A stretch of 64,000 nt of DNA, from the NCBI GenBank assembly GCA_977017575.1, contig CDRNVI010000063.1, positions 558,001 through 622,000 on the forward strand. The letters run 5' to 3'. The number at the start of each line of letters is the position of its first letter. The stretch's first letter is position 1. Both the position numbers and the translations under genes were made by a program. The DNA comes from Paramoeba atlantica (Eukaryota; Protista; Discosea). Of the stretch, positions 60,485 through 64,000 are shown in pieces. Under the pieces are notes generated by a model that was not told the DNA's origin, did no database searches, and saw only the letters and a program-made list of their open reading frames with translations.

Positions 60485-61308
60485 TTTTTTTTTTTTTTAC
60501 ATAATATGACCGGTCTTTTCAGATAATGAAAAATATGATTTTCTCTCATGTGTTGAGCCGGAACCAAAATTACTTTCTCAAGTTTTCATAATTAATAAAG
60601 AATGGTTGATTAAATCGCCGTATCTTCTCGGCTCTGCGGCACTAGAAATTTGCCAAGTTGCGAGAGAACAACCCATCCGTTGAATTCTTGTAATCGAAGT
60701 GTAAAATCTTGGATCACGTAATCCCGCGCTAATCCGAGCTGATTTCCTTCTGGGTGACGAATGGTTGGGCTCTCGTCTTGCGACACTTTGTCAGCTCTTG
60801 TCTGAAGAAGGTTGAGTTGTTTGTTTCGCCGATTGAAGAAATTTGAAGACAGCAGTGCGTTCTTAATTGTGACTTTGCAGTCACTTTTCGGCAGTGGGGT
60901 CGGCGATCGACGCATCGACGGAGGAGGAGATTGTGGACACGCAGATGGCGTTGATGGTGGTGATGGCGGCGGTAGTGGCGGCGGAAGTGGCGGTGAAGTA
61001 GGTGACCGCGATGCGGCGGGGACGGGCGATGGAAGAGACGGAGTTTCAGTGGACAAAGTCGTGGGTGGTGAGGGCGGCGGGGGCGGCGGGGGCGGCGGGG
61101 GCGGCGAAGGAGAAGCGCTCGGTTCGGACGGAGCCTCAGGCGGTTTCTCCTCAATTGTTTTCTTCCTGCGACGGGTCGGAGGTAGAGGCTGTACGACGGG
61201 AGCTACTCCCGTTTCTTTCGCCCGGCTCCGCGTGATCATGCCCATGAAAGTGAGAAAGTAATAGAAAATAAATCAACAAGGTACAGAAACTGTATCTTTA
61301 TCGTTAAA
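60485..61308 (-). mobile_element. Short SL-capped deletion derivative K of the J family
   Basis: SL at 61274-61308. ORF 60610..61245 has a J-like N-terminus fused to the RLE C-terminal helix. Poly-T at 60485-60498. Confidence 0.75.
61274..61308 (-). other. Spliced-leader exon copy (35 nt)
   Basis: Exact match to the other copies. Confidence 0.8.
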
Positions 61309-61958
61309 TATATCGTATATTTATAATTACCTCAATCTATCCCTGGTACATAGATAAATAGTTTAGACCCATTTCGGGGTAGAATTTGAAAACAGTTTAG
61401 ACCCCTTTCGGGGCACCATCTGCAATATCAACAAAATAAAGTCTCCTAAATTTCTTATCGTAAACTTATAGAAATCAACGGACCCTTTCTTCTGCCATAA
61501 ACTTCGTAAAATAAGGTAAACAAAGAAATCAATATTTCCCATGTATAAATAGAAGATTTATCCCGCTATACCCATTTCCTTTGTAATCAATAAAATATAC
61601 TAAGTATCACAAGTATCACCAAATAGAGCTCTTTAACCTAGCAAACATTCCCTGTAACTTACGAACGGGCGTTATGCCCACCACGTCGCGAACCAACCCG
61701 TTCGCACGTCACCACGCACACCAAGTCTCGTTACACACCCCCACTCTCCTCGCACCCTTCACTCCCTCACTCTCCCTCCCATCCCCTCACGACAACCCAA
61801 CGCAACTAACCACAGTACAGCACCCTTTCACTCGTCAAACACGTGTTTTCGTCGTACACGTGTGCATGAATAACTAAAGAACGTATATATATAGTTTTTT
61901 TTTTTTTTTTAAGGTCGAGGTGGGGGGATACGGCGCAGGGGGATGATGGGACGAGAAG

Positions 61959-62789
61959 TTTTTTTTTTTTTTTTAAGTATAAAACGCGGCATTGCCTCTA
62001 TATTTTTACTCAGTAGACGAACCAAGTAGGTCCATTGGGGGGGTATATGATTTGTAAACAAGCAATCAAATTAGCAATTTCACATGTTGTAGCCCAAAAC
62101 TAATAATTCAACCTGCCTTAAGTTACAGTATTTATGATTTTGATAACAATAATAATAAAAAGAAGCAATTTATGCCCAATTCATTCGCGCGTTCCGGACT
62201 GGGTCTTTCGACCACTCCTCGGCCTGACTTGTGAACTCTTCCCTTGTTATATGGGAGGGCGCAGGCGCGGGCTTGTGCCGACAGCGGCACGGTCGCGAAA
62301 CAGGGTGCTGGCCGACGGGGAGGAAGTTTTAGTTCCCGACCCATGTCCTACCTCACTTGGAGTACCTAGCCCTTGAGGGCTAGGCGTGAGCATAGACCCT
62401 GTCGGCATCGACCAGCATCCAGGCCAGCCATCTATGAGGGCGCAAACGTGGGTCTGTGCTGACTGCCGTCCGGTCAGGAAACGTTTACTCCCCCAAGCAA
62501 GAAAACGGGTCATCAGTGAGAAGGCGATTAACCATCATGCGGGCCTGAAGGCGCATGAGGGTCACGTTTAACTCCGTGAAGATTCTGCTCGTCGCCCCCC
62601 CTTCTGTCAATAACCCGCACGAGGCGTGCGAAAGCCGTTCTCCAACTTTACGGAGTACTGCGGATGCACCGCTGCTCCACGCACCGTAGCTCTCCACCAC
62701 CATGGCGGTGAAGGCACAGCCCCCTGGGCCTCTGTTGCCAAGACTTTTTTCTCGTTGTGGGGCCAGTTTGGCTCTGCTGCAAAGGTCGG
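61959..62789 (-). mobile_element. 5'-truncated group-1 element F with an internal RLE deletion
   Basis: ..QREKSLGNRGPGG/CAFTAMVVESYG..; A-like 3'UTR; poly-T at 61959-61974. Confidence 0.8.
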
Positions 62790-63177
62790 TTTTATTAAGA
62801 CAACGTTTTTTATTAAGACAACGTTTTTTATTAAGACAACGTTTTTTATTAAGACAACGTTTTTTATTAAGACAACGTTTTTTATTAAGACAACGTTTTT
62901 TATTAAGACAACGTTTTTTATTAAGACAACGTTTTTTATTAAGACAACGTTTTTTATTAAGACAACGTTTTTTATTAAGACAACGTTTTTTATTAAGACA
63001 ACGTTTTTTATTAAGACAACGTTTTTTATTAAGACAACGTTTGTATTAAGACAACGTTTTTTATTAAGACAACGTTTTTTATTAAGACAACGTTTTTTAT
63101 TAAGACAACGTTTTTTATTAAGACAACGTTTTTTATTAAGACAACGTTTTTTATTAAGACAACGTTTTTTATTAAGA
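62790..63177. repeat. 18-bp minisatellite (TTTTTTATTAAGACAACG) x ~21
   Basis: Exact units with one 17-nt variant near 63040. Confidence 0.95.
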
Positions 63178-64000
63178 GGAGTGAAGAAAACTCGCATTAC
63201 CGATCTAAATTACGCCGACGATATTGCATTTTTTGCAGAATCTCGAAATATTCTGAGGGATATGATAGAAGCACTATGCGCAGAATCGGAAAAGGCTGGT
63301 TTGCATATAAACATAGGCGTGACCAAAACTGCTTGGATGGCAGTGGGCAAAGGACTTAAAGGAGGTTGTCAAGAGAGTGCGCTTGTAACTAAATTTGGAG
63401 CAATACCAGAAGTAGTAGAATATCGATATCTTGGACACAAGAAGAATTCACAGCAAATATCTTTGACACTGCAAGAACGAGTTGCTTTATCTTGGAAAGC
63501 GTTTCATCGTCTTAAGCCGCTTTGGAATTCTAGCTTAAGCATTGCGCTTCGCCTGAGGATTTTCAGCGCGCTGGTAAACAGTGTTTTAATATACGGTTCT
63601 GCATCTCTCGTCGCCACGAAGAAGGAATTGAAGGAGGTGGACATCGAAGTAAACAAGATGCGACGTATGGCGACGGGAATGCCACTCTGGGATGGAAGGA
63701 AACGAACGCCTACAGCTGCATTGTATCGCGGAGAATCACTGTTTTCAACACAACTGCGAGTAAACAGAGCCAAGCTTGTCGGTCATTTGTTGAGACACGA
63801 TTCCTCGTTTGCCGACGTCATGCTCTGGAACGAAAATGACAAAGCGCGCATAAAGTCTCTGTCCGAGGCTACAGCAGAAGATTTGGGGATAGATGTTGCA
63901 GAAATGTTTGATTTAGCGAAGAACCGTGAGGAATGGAAATTAAAAGTTGAGCGTTTACGGACTCGATTAGAACCTACAGCGACCTACAAGTCACACTCGA
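63178..64000 (+). pseudogene. Second RTE/Ingi-like RT fragment, 5'-truncated, runs off the window
   Basis: ITDLNYADDIAFF..MIEAL..KTAWM..YRYLGH..WKAF..RAKLVGHLLRH, collinear with 48336..49991. Confidence 0.85.

Noticed and set aside
62790-63177. CRISPR array or canonical telomere repeat
   Set aside because: There are no spacers or cas genes, and the unit is not TTAGGG-like and is flanked by elements on both sides.
62607-63197. NKKRCL/KNVVLI and LLRQRF repeat proteins
   Set aside because: These are translations of the 18-bp minisatellite.
1-64000. The whole window as a cDNA or MDA chimera
   Set aside because: Several insertions have matched TSDs or core sites and restore reading frames on excision, which random chimerism would not produce. 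Individual junctions and the 11-kb duplication still need read support.

Overview
This 64 kb is made almost entirely of nested retrotransposons, and I found no host gene. It is probably from a kinetoplastid-like euglenozoan, because a kinetoplastid-type spliced-leader (SL) exon, TTTAACGATAAAGATACAGTTTCTGTACCTTGTTG, occurs 8 times on the minus strand. (1) CRE-clade RT-RLE non-LTR elements, group 1 (motif GVQQGDPLG): three divergent intact elements (A, B, C; 1290-1361 aa) lie head-to-tail. Each starts with the SL exon, and A and B end in poly(A). An 11.37-kb block containing them is tandemly duplicated. (2) CRE-clade group 2 (motif GVRQGSxLS): many fragments. Two elements (J, about 1478 aa, and the 5'-truncated E) can be rebuilt in frame once later insertions are removed. 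(3) A complete VIPER/Ngaro-type tyrosine-recombinase (YR) retrotransposon: gag, YR and RT-RNase H with A1..B1-A2-B2 split direct repeats, integrated at a CT dinucleotide inside element E. (4) A DIRS-type gag-RT-RNase H ORF with no visible YR, flanked by 29-bp direct repeats. (5) An RTE/RTEX- or Ingi-like APE-RT-RNase H LINE with an 18-bp TSD, plus a second fragment. The window also holds a family of related 18-bp minisatellites, covarying structured 3'UTRs, a duplicated ~160-nt structured RNA-like module, and a small beta-rich domain shared between the YR-element Gag and the CRE ORFs. All protein family calls come from motifs read by eye; no database searches were run.
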